63,902 nucleotides of DNA from Octopus bimaculoides (lineage: Eukaryota), in contig NC_068984.1 in NCBI RefSeq assembly GCF_001194135.2, forward strand, positions 126,781,517 through 126,845,418, read 5' to 3'. A program made the position numbers and the translations under genes. Under the pieces are notes generated by a model. The model was not told where the DNA came from, searched no databases, and saw only the letters and a list, made by a program, of their open reading frames with translations. Shown one piece after another: positions 1 through 11,918 of this stretch; position 1 is the stretch's first letter, and every line of letters begins with the position of its first letter.

Positions 1-687
1 GAGTAACGGTTTTTTTGTTATATTTCTGCTGCTTTTAAATAAAGTATATATACATATATATACATATGCAATGAAAAAGTCTAAAACATCTGTAAATCTG
101 CAATGCATATAATAGGGTTGCATAATATATGCAGCAGATTCACATCATATATATATATATGTATGTATGTGTGTGTATTATATATATATATATATATATA
201 TACGTTACAGCAGTAGTAAGAAATGTTCCGTTGGAGAAGTGGTCTTTAATTGTCCTACCACTGCCACCACCACGCTATCACAAAGCAGTGCGCTACCGTA
301 CACCTACCACCTCCTCCTCCGTCATCACAGCTCTCCACGTGATCATTCCAGATTCTTGCTAGCTTACTTTCACATTATCACAACATGCACGCAACACGGT
401 CGTATGAGTATTTTAGCGGGACACAAGTGACCAGAGCGAGAGATAGACAAGGGACAGTATCGCCAACACTGTAGTGTGTATATAGAATTAGAGGAAGATA
501 GACAAGTATGAAGTGAGAGAAATCAGCGCTGATCAGTCCACTAAAGCTTCCGCAATTACTACAGCACCTGCTTGTCAGTTTTACACAATAGTATCAAAGT
601 TTTGAGCAACGGCGGCGCCACACACCAACTGAGAGTCATACATGGTCTAGATGGTGAGAGTGTGATGTATGTGTGTGTGTGACTTAC

Positions 688-759
688 TCTGTACTTGCAG
701 ATCCATCTCCCTCATTTCGGTCAGGCGGTCTCGCATCTCCATGGGCAAATTCTCAATCA
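688..759 (-). CDS. ING3: ING3 coding exon 2 (V-IENLPMEMRDRLTEMREMDLQVQ); gene continues beyond the left edge
   Basis: Reads tttttgcag|TG ATT GAG AAT TTG CCC ATG GAG ATG CGA GAC CGC CTG ACC GAA ATG AGG GAG ATG GAT CTG CAA GTA CAG A|gtaagt. It is 72 nt, phase 1/1, follows a 142-nt intron, and matches the ING N-terminal domain (human IEQLPMDLRDRFTEMREMDLQVQ, recalled). Confidence 0.95.
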
Positions 760-901
760 CTGCAAAAAGGACGAGAAGCAGATATTAGTCTGTAGAGGTA
801 ATATTTTATTGAAACAAATAAGAGAGATGACGGTGCTAGCCGATCGTCAAGGCACTGTAGGACGAGAGCAGGAGGAGGTGTTGGCATGGGCCTGAACCTA
901 C

Positions 902-929
902 CTTCCAGATAATCTTCCAGGTACAACAT
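902..929 (-). CDS. ING3: Inhibitor of growth protein 3, coding exon 1 (MLYLEDYLE + 1 nt)
   Basis: The minus strand reads caaa-ATG TTG TAC CTG GAA GAT TAT CTG GAA G|gtaggt. This 28-nt exon matches the ING3 N-terminus MLYLEDYLE, with a donor GT at 901-900. Confidence 0.95.
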
Positions 930-959
930 TTTGCCCACAACACACTGAACACCTCGTGC

Positions 960-1250
960 ACAAAATGTCTTCCGTCTACGTACTGCCAAGCTGTCAGTGT
1001 AAAACGCTTTCTGATTGGTCCTTTACTTCCTCTACCATATAAGCTGGTGAGTTGATTAATTTGTTGCAAGAGGAATAAAATAGTGTTGCGACATTTTATA
1101 CTGTTGTTCATTAGTGAATATATAGTAAAGATCTACTAGAATTATTTGTATTCAATAGTTATGCCCATCACGACTGTAAGACCTCTAAACAAAATAGTGA
1201 TGAATCCACGAATGGTTGTCGTCGATACATCACTTCCAGCTGACTTCCAA
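960..1250. promoter_or_regulatory. Probable ING3 core promoter, possibly bidirectional
   Basis: Lies directly upstream of the ING3 ATG and is locally CpG-enriched. CCAAT box on minus (ATTGG 1014-1018). ETS-like CTTCC motifs at 969-974, 1025-1030, 1231-1237 and 1242-1248. Plus-strand donor-like CTG|GTGAGT at 1047. Confidence 0.5.
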
Positions 1251-3899
1251 CACAGCTAATATAGATCCGCAGTAAATAATATTTTCTCGCCAACATTAAA
1301 ATCTACTGCCGACTTTCATTGATTTTATTTAAATTCAAAATAAATTTCGTAATTTAATAATATATGGAAATTAAGTTAAAGTTTACCCAGTGTATATATA
1401 TATATTTATTTATATTTATATAGTGACCTAGATATATGAAATGACTAGATCTGAATTAATTTTAACAGTAGTGTGCCACATTGAATACGTATATCGACAT
1501 AGTTTTTTTTTTTGCATTATCAAAAATTCTTACAAAAGCACATATTTGGAAGGAAGGATGTAATGATTCAGTCATCCCTAGTATTTCACTGATATTTTAT
1601 TTTAACAATACGCTAAGTTGAAAGGCAAGGTCGTCCCCTCTGTAAGAATTCAATGCAGAACATAAAGGGACATAACTAAATTTGACAATGTACTACCAAG
1701 TACTTAATTAAAACCAATTAGTGGAGAGGTCCGTTAAACTTTAAAAATATCAAATTAAATCCGAACATTTTAAAATAATTGTGTAGTGTTGAAAAATCAT
1801 AAACTTGAACAATTTATAATTTATGCTGATATTATTCAATAATTTGTAGGTTTTCGTTTTTTTTTTAAAGTTATAAAATGCATTTATTGGTATTTCATCC
1901 CACCCCACCAAATAATATTCAATAATGAAGATATCTCAATGGGCATGACAGACGGCCTATTTTAGGACATGAAACATTCGATTAACTACATCAATACATA
2001 AAACTGCGTTCAAACTCTGCTGGGGGTCGATAAAATAATAAAAATAATTATCGACCTCTGAAGGCCACAAATTATGGGGAGGGTATAGTAGCTGAGATGT
2101 GATATTCTATTTTCTCGACTCCAGATGATTGACAGACCAAGATGACGTTAGAGGGATTTGAACTCAGAATGTAAAGCGCCGTAGCTAAATATTCTGCCAA
2201 ACTTATTTTGATTAAAATTTAAATAAATTTAGTGTTTTACGAATATAAAATAAAACCAAATCGTCTCTATCTGTAGGCCAGTTTATATTAATATATATAA
2301 AAAAAAATTAAATACTTGTATAAAACAAAACAATAACTCGACAGAACGAATTATGTTACAAATTTCAGTTCGCAATCAGATTGGAGTAGCAGTTCCAAAT
2401 ACCCCAGTAGTTTAATTTCAGGTCAACTCTGATCGAGAATACCTGTGTAATTAAGATATTCCAGTCATGACCATTTCGTCTGTTATTGCACTTTCTAAAG
2501 TATAATGTTATCTAAGACAAACATATTTAAAATTCTTATTTTTATTAGCACGGTGGGATGTAATTTGAGGGAGACTTGACTACTTTTTCTAACAAGTCGA
2601 GCGACTCGTTGGGTCATAGTAGTCTTCGATAGAATTAGAAAGTTAAAGTAGCAAATATACGGATTTTATTTCAAATCTTAGTTATTTTCGAGATTCAATG
2701 TGACGAAATTGTGTAGAAAGTATTTTATACTGAATAACGGATGGAAGATGATAAATATTTCGGTGAAGATACTAACAAATTGTGACATTCGAGACTTTTC
2801 CAAAGACACTAGCTAAATAAATTCAAACATGCCAAAAGAGATTTTAAGGCATATTGTAAACACGGTTCATTGAATACTAACTACCACGCTATCGCAGTTT
2901 TCTAGGTAATGAAAGTGTTATATAACATTCTTTATCTAGAAGCAATGTCTCAGTTATATAATAGGATACTGGTTTTGAATTGCAATGTCATTTTTTTCTG
3001 AAGGACATGAGAGATTCAAACGCAGTAAAATCTATTTAGTTTATTCTTATTATATAGAAACAGCTACAAGCATGAGCGAACACTTTGTTACGAATACAAA
3101 GGACGTTACAATTTGATATTTTTATTCTGTCATACAAAGAACAGAACATTGTATTAGAGTAAATGCGTTTCCTGTAAGCTGTTGTCTAGATTTTATGTCT
3201 GATGACTTAATAAATGTCTGATGTTGCTGAAATTGGCGTTCATTTGTAGATTGTGTGCCTGTAGGATAAGACATGAGCAACAAAAAGATTAAAAACAAAA
3301 ATTTCGTGAAAGAAACGATTTTTAGGGAAGGTCATTAGGTGAATATTCTGTTCGATATTTTAGAAGCTCAGTATTTGATAATAATTTCTGTTAAATAAGT
3401 ATAAGGTCAATTTGATTCAATTTTAGTACATTACTGGTAATTCATTTATTCACATTGGAAAAATAAAGGCAAAAAATCGATGCTACATGTTTTGATTTCG
3501 GAACTGTGGAGTATAATAAGAAATTAAGTATTATCTTATATAACTGTTATTGTTGGGTGACCTACTTTCTCAAACTTTGGCGGCTACGGGATATTTTTTG
3601 GTGCAATTTAGATTTTTTTACTGCTATTATTTGAGATGGGAAAGTGTAGCTGTCTTTTATTGTGGAGATCTGTTTTTATTGTTTGTTGTTTCGTGCAGGT
3701 GAGTGACGTTATAAGATTTGGCTACGAGTTTTTTTTTTAATTACAGCACAGAGGCATCGTGAAATTAAATAATAGAAATGATTCAATTAATAATATTTAC
3801 AGATAAAATGAAATACCTAAACTGAAGGTTGCGGAAAGTAGCTTTAGTTTCGCAAAAGAATTATTTCAATAACAACAATTCTGCTTTCGCAACAAAATT

Positions 3900-4700
3900 T
3901 TGAACAAAGGAAGACAATATTGTTATAACTAATTATTTTCAACAAATGAAGGAAATTTTTGGTCAATACTTGACTACAATAATAACGGCAAATCAATCTA
4001 ATTTGATAAGGAAACAGCAGATCCATAAAATAAATGAACAATTACAGAACATATTGTTCCAGAATAGCAATAAATCTTTTAATATGCTCCACCACAACCA
4101 TGTTTACATGGCATTCAAATTCTTTCAAGTTAACTGTTGAAAAGTTCTTTAGATGTACAATTAATTCGCTTCGTTTTTCTTGGCATGTTACCAAACACGT
4201 TCAATTCTTTGCGCGTGTCTCAGGGTGCTTGATAGGAGGAATGGTGAAATTCCTACAGTGGTTGTTCACAACATAGTAATCGAAATACACGTGACAGTAT
4301 TTCTATTCCATCATATTACTACCGATTGCAAGGGCATATTATTGATCCACGAGCAATTTATTTCCTATATTATCGAGCAGTGTGTCAACCCGTCTACATC
4401 GTGCTGCTTCAAAGAAACATTTCTTTGCATCTGGTCAAACCAAACATACCTCCGGTGGCCTTCAATCTGTTGACCTCTTCCAGTGGAGATATTTCACGTT
4501 GTCAACTTCCACCATAAGACGTTCTTCGGTATATGCATTGATTCTGTAGATAACAACTGGACAGCTCTGAACTCAATGACAACACACATCCCTCAGGCAA
4601 ACACCAGACTCTACTTGCTTGGATTTTTATCCAATATGCATTCTTTATCAAATTTTCATTGGATCAGAATCAGTGCTCCCAACATATTACATCAAGCAAG
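3900..4700 (+). mobile_element. Highly decayed non-LTR retrotransposon (L2/CR1-like) ORF2 remnant, tentative
   Basis: Broken frames give NFWSIL..FDKETADP.NK (linker-like) and FFGICIDS..NNWTA..HIPQANTRLYLL, resembling the post-RT YLGV.ID..L.W..HI...KA..RLYLL motif. Many stops and frameshifts. Confidence 0.3.
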
Positions 4701-5259
4701 TACTTCCTCACGGGGAAATGAAATCGTAATTTCTGTAGAACGAAACACTGGAATATATTTTTCAAAAGCCTCCCAAATGCCCCTTTCCTTTCCCATGAAG
4801 TAGTGATAACTATCCCGAAAGTCTGTTAGACTTGGTACTTATAGAAAATTATCCTGTTGGTACTTGGACGATTATTTTTAATTGTATATAAACAAGGATA
4901 CATATCCTACGTAAGGGTCTAACTGCTGTGAAACTGACGCAACAAATTACAATGGTTGACAAATTTAACGGAGAATTGAAAGTAGATGAACTAAACTGGT
5001 AAGTCTTCGTATCATGTGAAAACAATACAATAACAAAATTCTAAATAATCTGATACAATCGCATCTCCCCACCTTAAACAACAATAAATCATATATGTCC
5101 TATGACAAGCTGGTGGCATTATAGCGTCAATAAAAACAGTCTTCCCCGACCACTAAACAAACTGATAACAGTTAATCTGAGAAAGTGAAACTGGTACATT
5201 ATACCCCAAAATCGGCCATTGTTACTCTTCTGCTACCTCTACCATCCATATCTATTTTA

Positions 5260-6890
5260 TTAAGTTGGAAAGAAAGTCTCTTCGCATTTTGACAAGGTCA
5301 CTTTGAGAGTACTTTTTCAACATTTACGGCATTAATTTTTACATTCTAATGTTTTTTTCTATCTTTGTAGATAATGCTATGGTTGTTAAAGTCTTACTGA
5401 TTTTACCCTCAGAAAATGAGTTTATATCAGACATTGCACGATGTGTGAATTCAAAAGGGGCTTTTCAGCAATAAAAGCGACAAGAAATTATTTGTTCTGT
5501 CTATGAAAATGAAGCTCTGTTTGCCAACGATGGTTTGGCCAATTTCACTTGGGAAATTTTTCTCTTGCATATTTCCCTCAGCTGGACAGCCAAGTTCTGT
5601 TGATATTGAGATTCTGAAAATTGTACTTGAGGCAAATCCAAAATCAACTGTTCAATAATTAGAAAAAGAGTTCAATTCAAGTCACACTTCGATCATAAGA
5701 CACTTTTGTGAATTTGGAAAAGTGTGTACATTTGGACAGTGAATCCTGTTATCTAACTGCTTCTCACTTTAATCAAAAAGTTGTTCTCTGCTCATCATTG
5801 AAGTATAGACTTGTTGCTGAATCCTTCCTGAATAGAATCATCACAAATGATGAAAAGTAATTTTTTTTTTATAATCATAGCCAACAAAAGCAGGCTGTGT
5901 GGTAAGTAGCTTGCTTACCAACCACATGGTTCCGGGTTCAGTCCCACTGCGTGGCACCTTGGGCAAGTGTCTTCTACTATAGCCTTGGGCCGACCAAAGC
6001 CTTGAGTGGATTTGGTAGATGGAAACTGAAAGAAGCCCGTCGTATATATGTATATGTGTGTGTGTTTGTGTGTCTGTGTTTGTCCCCCCCACCATCGCTT
6101 GACAACCAATGCTGGTGTGTTTACATCTCCGTAACTTAGCGGTTCGGCAAAAAGAGACCGATAGAATAAGTACTAGGCTTACAAAGAATAAGTCCTGGAG
6201 TCGATTTTCTCGACTAAAGGCGGTGCTCCAGCATGGCCGCAGTCAAATGACTGAAACAAGTAAAAGAGTAAAGAGTAACGAATGAAAAGGAAAATCCATC
6301 CCCAAACCAGGACTACATCCCCCAAAAAGTTATGCTCTGTGTTCAGTGGGATATGAGGGGTGTCCTCTAAAATAAAGTGTTTAATGTCTATGTTCCATGC
6401 TAGCATGTAACACAGACATTAAATTATGATGATGATGATCATCATCATGAAACCAAAACAAAACATTGCACAAAAGATGGCAGAAAAAGTTCCCATCATT
6501 TGTAAATTGAAAGGGTATTGCTCTTAAATATAATACAAGACAACATATTGCCCAAGTCACCCAGGAAAAGGTTATGGCACTAAATATGGAAGTGTTGCCT
6601 CATCCTCCTTATTCTCCTGGCCTTGCTCCATTTGACAATCATCTTTGCAAAATAATTTGCGAGAAAACAGTTTATTAATTGTGAAGAGGTTAAAAATGAT
6701 ATTGACTGTTTCTTTGCTTTGAAACCTGAAGAATTTTACACCCAAGGGATCAACAATTTGTCAAATAGATGTAATTATATTATCAATAATAAGAGGAAAT
6801 ATTATTTTGGTTAAATATATCAACTAAGATAGAAGAGGCTTTTGTTTCTTTTCTATCTTAAAATGCAACCGGACTTTTTTCGCAACCTAA
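5260..6890 (+). mobile_element. Degenerate full-length mariner (Mos1-like) transposon interrupted by a SINE
   Basis: 31-bp TIRs at 5260-5290 and 6860-6890 (23/31 identical), with TA on both flanks (5258-59, 6891-92). Transposase remnants: CQRWF..F..GNFSL, RIITNDEK, KVMLCVQWDMRGVL, EVLPHPPYSPGLAP. About 1.25 kb once the SINE is removed. Confidence 0.9.
5890..6278 (+). mobile_element. tRNA-derived SINE, family A (most abundant in window), representative copy
   Basis: Head GGCTGTGTGGTAAG...GGTTCAGTCCC, an internal (TA/TG)n tract and tail GACTGAAACAAGTAAAAGAG. Other full or partial copies at about 8630, 9880, 15680, 17960, 27775, 29050, 34060, 37325, 37590, 42605, 44690, 46799-47553, 48450, 51662-52061, 54000, 54770 and 63451-63850, on both strands. 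Confidence 0.85.
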
Positions 6891-8150
6891 TATTTAACTC
6901 TCTCCCTCTTCTTCTCCCCCCCTCTTTCTTATGAGAATTTATAAAATCTGAGTCACAAAAATTTTAAATCAAAATAATGTTATAGAGACAAACAAAACAA
7001 TAAGTTCTAGATAAAGTAAGACTACAGTGTGGTTTCCTTCCCAATTAAAGCTATTTCACTTCAATTATGCCACTAAATGCTTCTAGGAAAAGCATGAAAG
7101 CCTATTTACTTTCAACTTTTCTCACCTGAACTGAAGATCTTTCCTTGGCCTAGTGAAAATAAAACCAATGAAACAACCCACAGAGACATATCTGTGTATG
7201 TGTATAATACGTATAATACTTTAAACAATACATCCTTTACGACAGTAGTTACAAAGTTTAACTAAACCTATACAAAGCTTACATTGGACTCACAAAGGAA
7301 TATTACTTCTTTTGCTGGGGCAGTGCTGCAACAACTCTTACAAACAACCAAAATTTCATAAAATCCCTCCCACCATCTGAGTTGAGTGTCATGAAGTCAT
7401 TTACCAATACGTTCCAACCTCTGCTTCATAACCAGATTGCTTCTTCCTCTTCTCTATGTCAATTTCACAGTGGTATCTGTCCTCTGAGGTGGCTGATTGT
7501 ATAATACTTCTGCACAGGTCCACCTGATTCACATGTTCCTCTTTCTTCCAAATTGCGTCTCTCCATCTCCCAGAACCCACACTAATCACAACACACAGCC
7601 CTTTCTTCCTAGAATATCATTCCCCTGGAACCCCCTCCATCTTTATGTTTTTCCTTGCAGTTATTCAAGAAGAACATCAACTACATAAACCTTGCTAGTC
7701 TCAGTGGGGAGTAGGACGGTGGAAAGGGGCTGTGAAGACCATGGGGGGAAAGCCAACGCTATAACAAAATAGTATTCTGCTCTACCATTTTTGGCATTTG
7801 AGTGCTAGTTTTTCCACCTTGTCTTGCACTTTTGTGCTTACTTGTGTATATAATCATACAAGTCAAACCTATATTACAATTGTTTCCATAAATGAACATT
7901 GTTTATTCCACACCACATAAAAGTTATGCAATACAAGCAACATATGTCAGTGGTGATGAGGTGATCATCCAGAATATATAAATACTCACAATTGTTTATA
8001 TATATATATATATATNNNNNNNNNNNNNNNNNNNNNNNNNNNNNNNNNNNNNNNNNNNNNNNNNNNNNNNNNNNNNNNNNNNNNNNNNNNNNNNNNNNNN
8101 NNNNNNNNNNNNNNNNNNNNNNNNNNTATATATATTTATATATATATATA

Positions 8151-8490
8151 GTGAAGGTGCATGGCTCAGTGGTTAGAGTATTGGGCTCACAATGATGAGG
8201 TAGTGAGTTTGATCCTTGGACCAGGTTGTGTGTTGTGTTCTTGAGCAAGACACTATTTCATGTTGCTCCAGTTCACTCAGCTGTAGAAATGAGTTGTGAT
8301 GTCACTGGTAACCAAGCTGTATCACCCTTTACCCTTCCCTTGGACAACATTGGTGACATGAAGAGGGGAGGGTGGTATGCATGGGCGACTGCTGGTCTTG
8401 CATAAACAAACATGCCTGGACTTGTGCCTCAGAGAGAAACTTTCTAGGTGCAATCCTATGGTCATTTATAACTGAAGTGGGGTCATTCTT
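8151..8490 (+). mobile_element. tRNA-derived SINE, family E
   Basis: A-box TGGCTCAGTGG and B-box-like GAGTTTGATCC. The body GTCACTGGTACCAAGCTGTATC...GACTGCTGGTCT recurs inverted at about 39490-39830 and partially at about 26345, 40020 and 50800. Confidence 0.75.
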
Positions 8491-8537
8491 CATCATATCT
8501 ATCTATCTCTCTGTGTCTGTCTGTCTGTCTCTCTCTC

Positions 8538-8569
<32 letters not shown>

Positions 8570-9374
8570 AAGAAAGAAAGAGAGAGACAGACAGACAGAG
8601 CATGTAGTTCAGTAGTTGTGTGTAGATGCAAGTATAGCTGGGTGGTTAAGAAGTTCACTTCACAACCATATGGGATTGAGTTTGGTCCCACTTGCATGGC
8701 ATCTTGGGCAAGTGCTTTTACCAAGGTCTTCGGTCAATCCAAGCCTTTAAGTGAATTTGGGTAAATGGAGATTGTGTAGAATCAGTGTGACACAGTGTAA
8801 CAAAGCTGGACTTTTTTTCATTTACAGGTACAGTCTATTGGACAGGTTTCTACACAGTCTGAAGGCTGAGCTGTAGAAAGGACTGTTCTACCATGTGACA
8901 CTGTATACTGTAACATACGTGGGTCATAATACTGTGATATTGTTTATTGCTTATGATACATTTTATTATATTGTCATAGTAATGGTTACATTTCACTGCT
9001 GTAAAGGTGCTTAGCTTAGTGGGTAGGCTCACAGTCATTACATCACGAGTTCATTTCCTGGTGGTGCATTGTGTCCTTGAGCAAGGCACTTTATTTCACA
9101 TTGCTCCAGTCCTCTCAGCTGGTAAAAATGAGTTGTACCTGTAATTCAAAGGGCCAGCCTTGTCACATTTTAAGGGTATGCCTATCTTTGGAGGTAGTAG
9201 TTTTCTGAACTTCCTGTATCCTATTTTTATTCTAAAAACAATACTTTCAGAGCATCCACCACACCACACCATAACACACTACACCGTGCATATCACACCA
9301 CACTGCACACACTAGCACTGACCACTTCCCAGCACCCATACCATCATCCACACACCTACTCATGCACATACCCA

Positions 9375-9835
9375 CCACTAGTCACCTAAATAGCACAAGA
9401 GAGCCTCCTGGGCATTTGAGAGAGTTTAAGTCCCTCATATGCTTAGCACTTATTATTCCTACGCATCTGCCACACATGAAAGCGACCTTATCTGATAACC
9501 TACCCATGATTCTACTGCTTCTCTTATGTATCTATAGTTTACACTTGGTGCAGCAAATAGAATTACATCCCGCTCCTTTCCTACATATTGAGCAGGGCCA
9601 TTTACCAGCTGGAATAAGAATCTTATCTCCTTTCTCACTTATAACAACTTTAATCTTAGCTAAGTTAACTTTAAAGCCCTTTGATTCTAGGTTTTGCTTC
9701 CAAACCCAGAACTTTTTCTCCAATTCTGCTTCAGATTTTGCAATAAGAGCAAAATCATCAGCATATAATATTTCCCATGGGCATCCAGTTTTGAATTCAT
9801 CTGTCATGGCCTGGAGAACTATGATGAATAAGAGT
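9375..9835 (-). mobile_element. RTE-clade LINE reverse-transcriptase fragment with internal Cys cluster
   Basis: Translates LLFIIVLQAMTDEFKTGCPWEILYADDFALIAKSE...GFKVNLAKIKV...WPCSICRKGAGCNSICCTKCKL*IHKR...CGRC...CYLGD. It has the YADD catalytic motif, a zinc-finger-like insert and the YLG motif, with a stop and a deletion. Confidence 0.9.
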
Positions 9836-11448
9836 CATTTGACTGTTGGAGCATTGCCTTAAAGGGATTTTAGTCAAAGAAATCAACTCCTGGACTAATT
9901 CTTTGTAAGCTTAGTACTTATTTTATTAGTTTCTTTTGCTGAACCACCAAGTTCCAGGATGTAAACACACCAACATCGGTTGTCAAGTGATGGTAAGGGA
10001 GGGACAAACATAGGCACAAAGACACACATAAATATATACATACATACATACAGGCTTCTTTCAGTTTCCACTTACCAAATCCACTGACAAGGAGTTGTGT
10101 AGGGAGGTATATGTGCTTCCAGGTTCACTGTTCCAAGAATGAGCTAAAAATTGTATTTATTTTAATTCAATTCACATTAGAAAAATTGTACATGTCGATG
10201 ACAAAGTACAAAAGTGGCAAAAGAAGATTGAAAGTGGAGAAACGATTTGTAGAAAAGAATGAAAATCCAGATTTGCAAAAACCTGTGAATTCCAGTAGAA
10301 AGGTAATAGAAAAGATTCAGAGTAGTTTTGACTTGACATGATCGGATGAAGTTTTAGATTGGATTAATCACTGATGATCACTGATATTAAGGCTCCAGAA
10401 AACCCGAGTCAAATGTTCGTATAAATTTTATTTATGCAAATAAAAAATTATTGATGTTACTACATGACTCCTCGGTTCTTCAGCTTCATGATCTTTCTTT
10501 AGGTTAAAAGACCTCCTTGGGAGATTACAAAAGTTGTTCCGGAGGACGGCTCCTTGGATAGATAGGTAGGTAGGTAGATAGGTAGGTAGATAGATAGATA
10601 GATAAATAGATAGATAGATAAATAGATAGATAGATAGATATGGCCAATCTATGAGGTTACCCTGGGTTTCGCGTACATAAAATGCTTAGCTTTACAACGT
10701 TTCTTCAGACCCCAAAACCCATTGGCCTGGGGATATGAGTTGAAGAGATTAATAACAAACATTTAAAAAACTTTCCAGAGAGAACTTCACTATCGTTTTA
10801 ACCAATCAATGTCATTTTTCCTTTAAACAAATTTTAAAATGTCAAACTAGAAATCGTGAATGGTGAAAATTGTTTTGCTGACGTAGCAGCTTTCGACGTT
10901 TACTTTCCAATTTTTTTTTACTTGTTTTTTCTTTCTTTTTACCTAGTGTTTGCATGCTATAGTTTGTAGCTTTGTCTGCTTCCAGGTTCACCGTTCGAAG
11001 AATGAGCTAAAACTTGTATTTATTTTAATTCAATTCATGTTAGAAAAATTGTACGTGTCGATAACGAAGTAGAAAAGTTGCAAAAGAAGATTGAAAATGA
11101 AAGGACGCAGTACACATAAAAGTGTTAAATACATTTTAAACGGGTCAACTGTAAAATTATCTTTGGAGATATATAAGTATATACACGCACATGTATGTAT
11201 GTGGGTATACTGCAAGATATATGAGCTGGAAGGAAGGGGGAGGAGACGAGAAAGATCTGATAAAATTAAAAGAAAATGTGTGTGAGAGAGAGAGAGAGAA
11301 GAAATGACAGGGAGTAGATGAAATAATTCTTTGAATCAGTAACAACAAACAAGCTGGGTCAATGTCACGGTTCAGATAAGATTAATTTTGTGTATTTGCT
11401 GAGTCTTGACATTTGTTATTCGCCCCTATCGTTCACAACTTCAATAAC

Positions 11449-11562
11449 ATGAACATGACTTTGTCGCACATCATTTTTAGTGGGATATCATTAAGCACCC
11501 GACTGGGTACCAGATCTGAACTGTTGCTCAACTGTAACAAAAGATTGTATTCCAGCACCGAG
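11449..11562 (+). CDS. AMT: Aminomethyltransferase (glycine cleavage T protein), coding exon 1: mitochondrial transit peptide
   Basis: Reads aac-ATG...GAG|gtaaag and encodes MNMTLSHIIFSGISLSTRLGTRSELLLNCNKRLYSSTE (38 aa). It is Ser/Leu/Arg-rich and ends in the RLY/SS presequence-cleavage motif. The phase-0 donor fits the phase-0 acceptor at 18191. An alternative ATG lies at 11455. Confidence 0.8.
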
Positions 11563-11671
11563 GTAAAGCGAAAAGTTTTAACTTGTTTTATTACGATAAA
11601 AAAAGAAAATATTATTGTGCCTCATGGTATATATGCACGCTCATATTTTACTTACATTCATGAATGTATGC

Positions 11672-11716
<45 letters not shown>

Positions 11717-11819
11717 ATCACCGCTCTCATATCAGAACATAAGCAGATACAGATGTACACGCATCTGTATGTGTGTACATACAGATGCGCGTACACACAA
11801 CATCGACTACATAAATATA

Positions 11820-11918
11820 GGCGGAGGTAAAGAATACGTACACCACCCGTTTTCGGCGTAACAAAACCCGTAATCCTAACACTAACTCTAAACACCGGGT
11901 GTGCGTATTCTTTCGCCC
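11820..11918. repeat. Hairpin element enclosing degenerate telomere-like repeats, copy 1
   Basis: Arms AAAGAATACGTACACC (11829-11844) and GGTGTGCGTATTCTTT (11898-11913) are 15/16 complementary. The loop holds ACCCGTTTTCGGCGTAAC plus (C)CTAA-like units. Confidence 0.75.

Noticed and set aside
129-430. ORFs of 60-300 aa here and throughout the track with poly-YI/CV/H/T/N runs or X
   Set aside because: They are translations of microsatellites and N-gaps, with no protein signal.
4952-5004. Short ATG-led frame MVDKFNGELKVDELNW ending at a consensus donor CTG|GTAAGT (4999)
   Set aside because: Phase 2 does not fit any exon found, and the peptide matches nothing I recognise.
2890-8833. Other AG|GT junctions at 2905/2906 and 8827/8828
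   Set aside because: Either the pyrimidine tract or the donor (GTAATG, GTACAG) is weak; expected by chance in AT-rich DNA.
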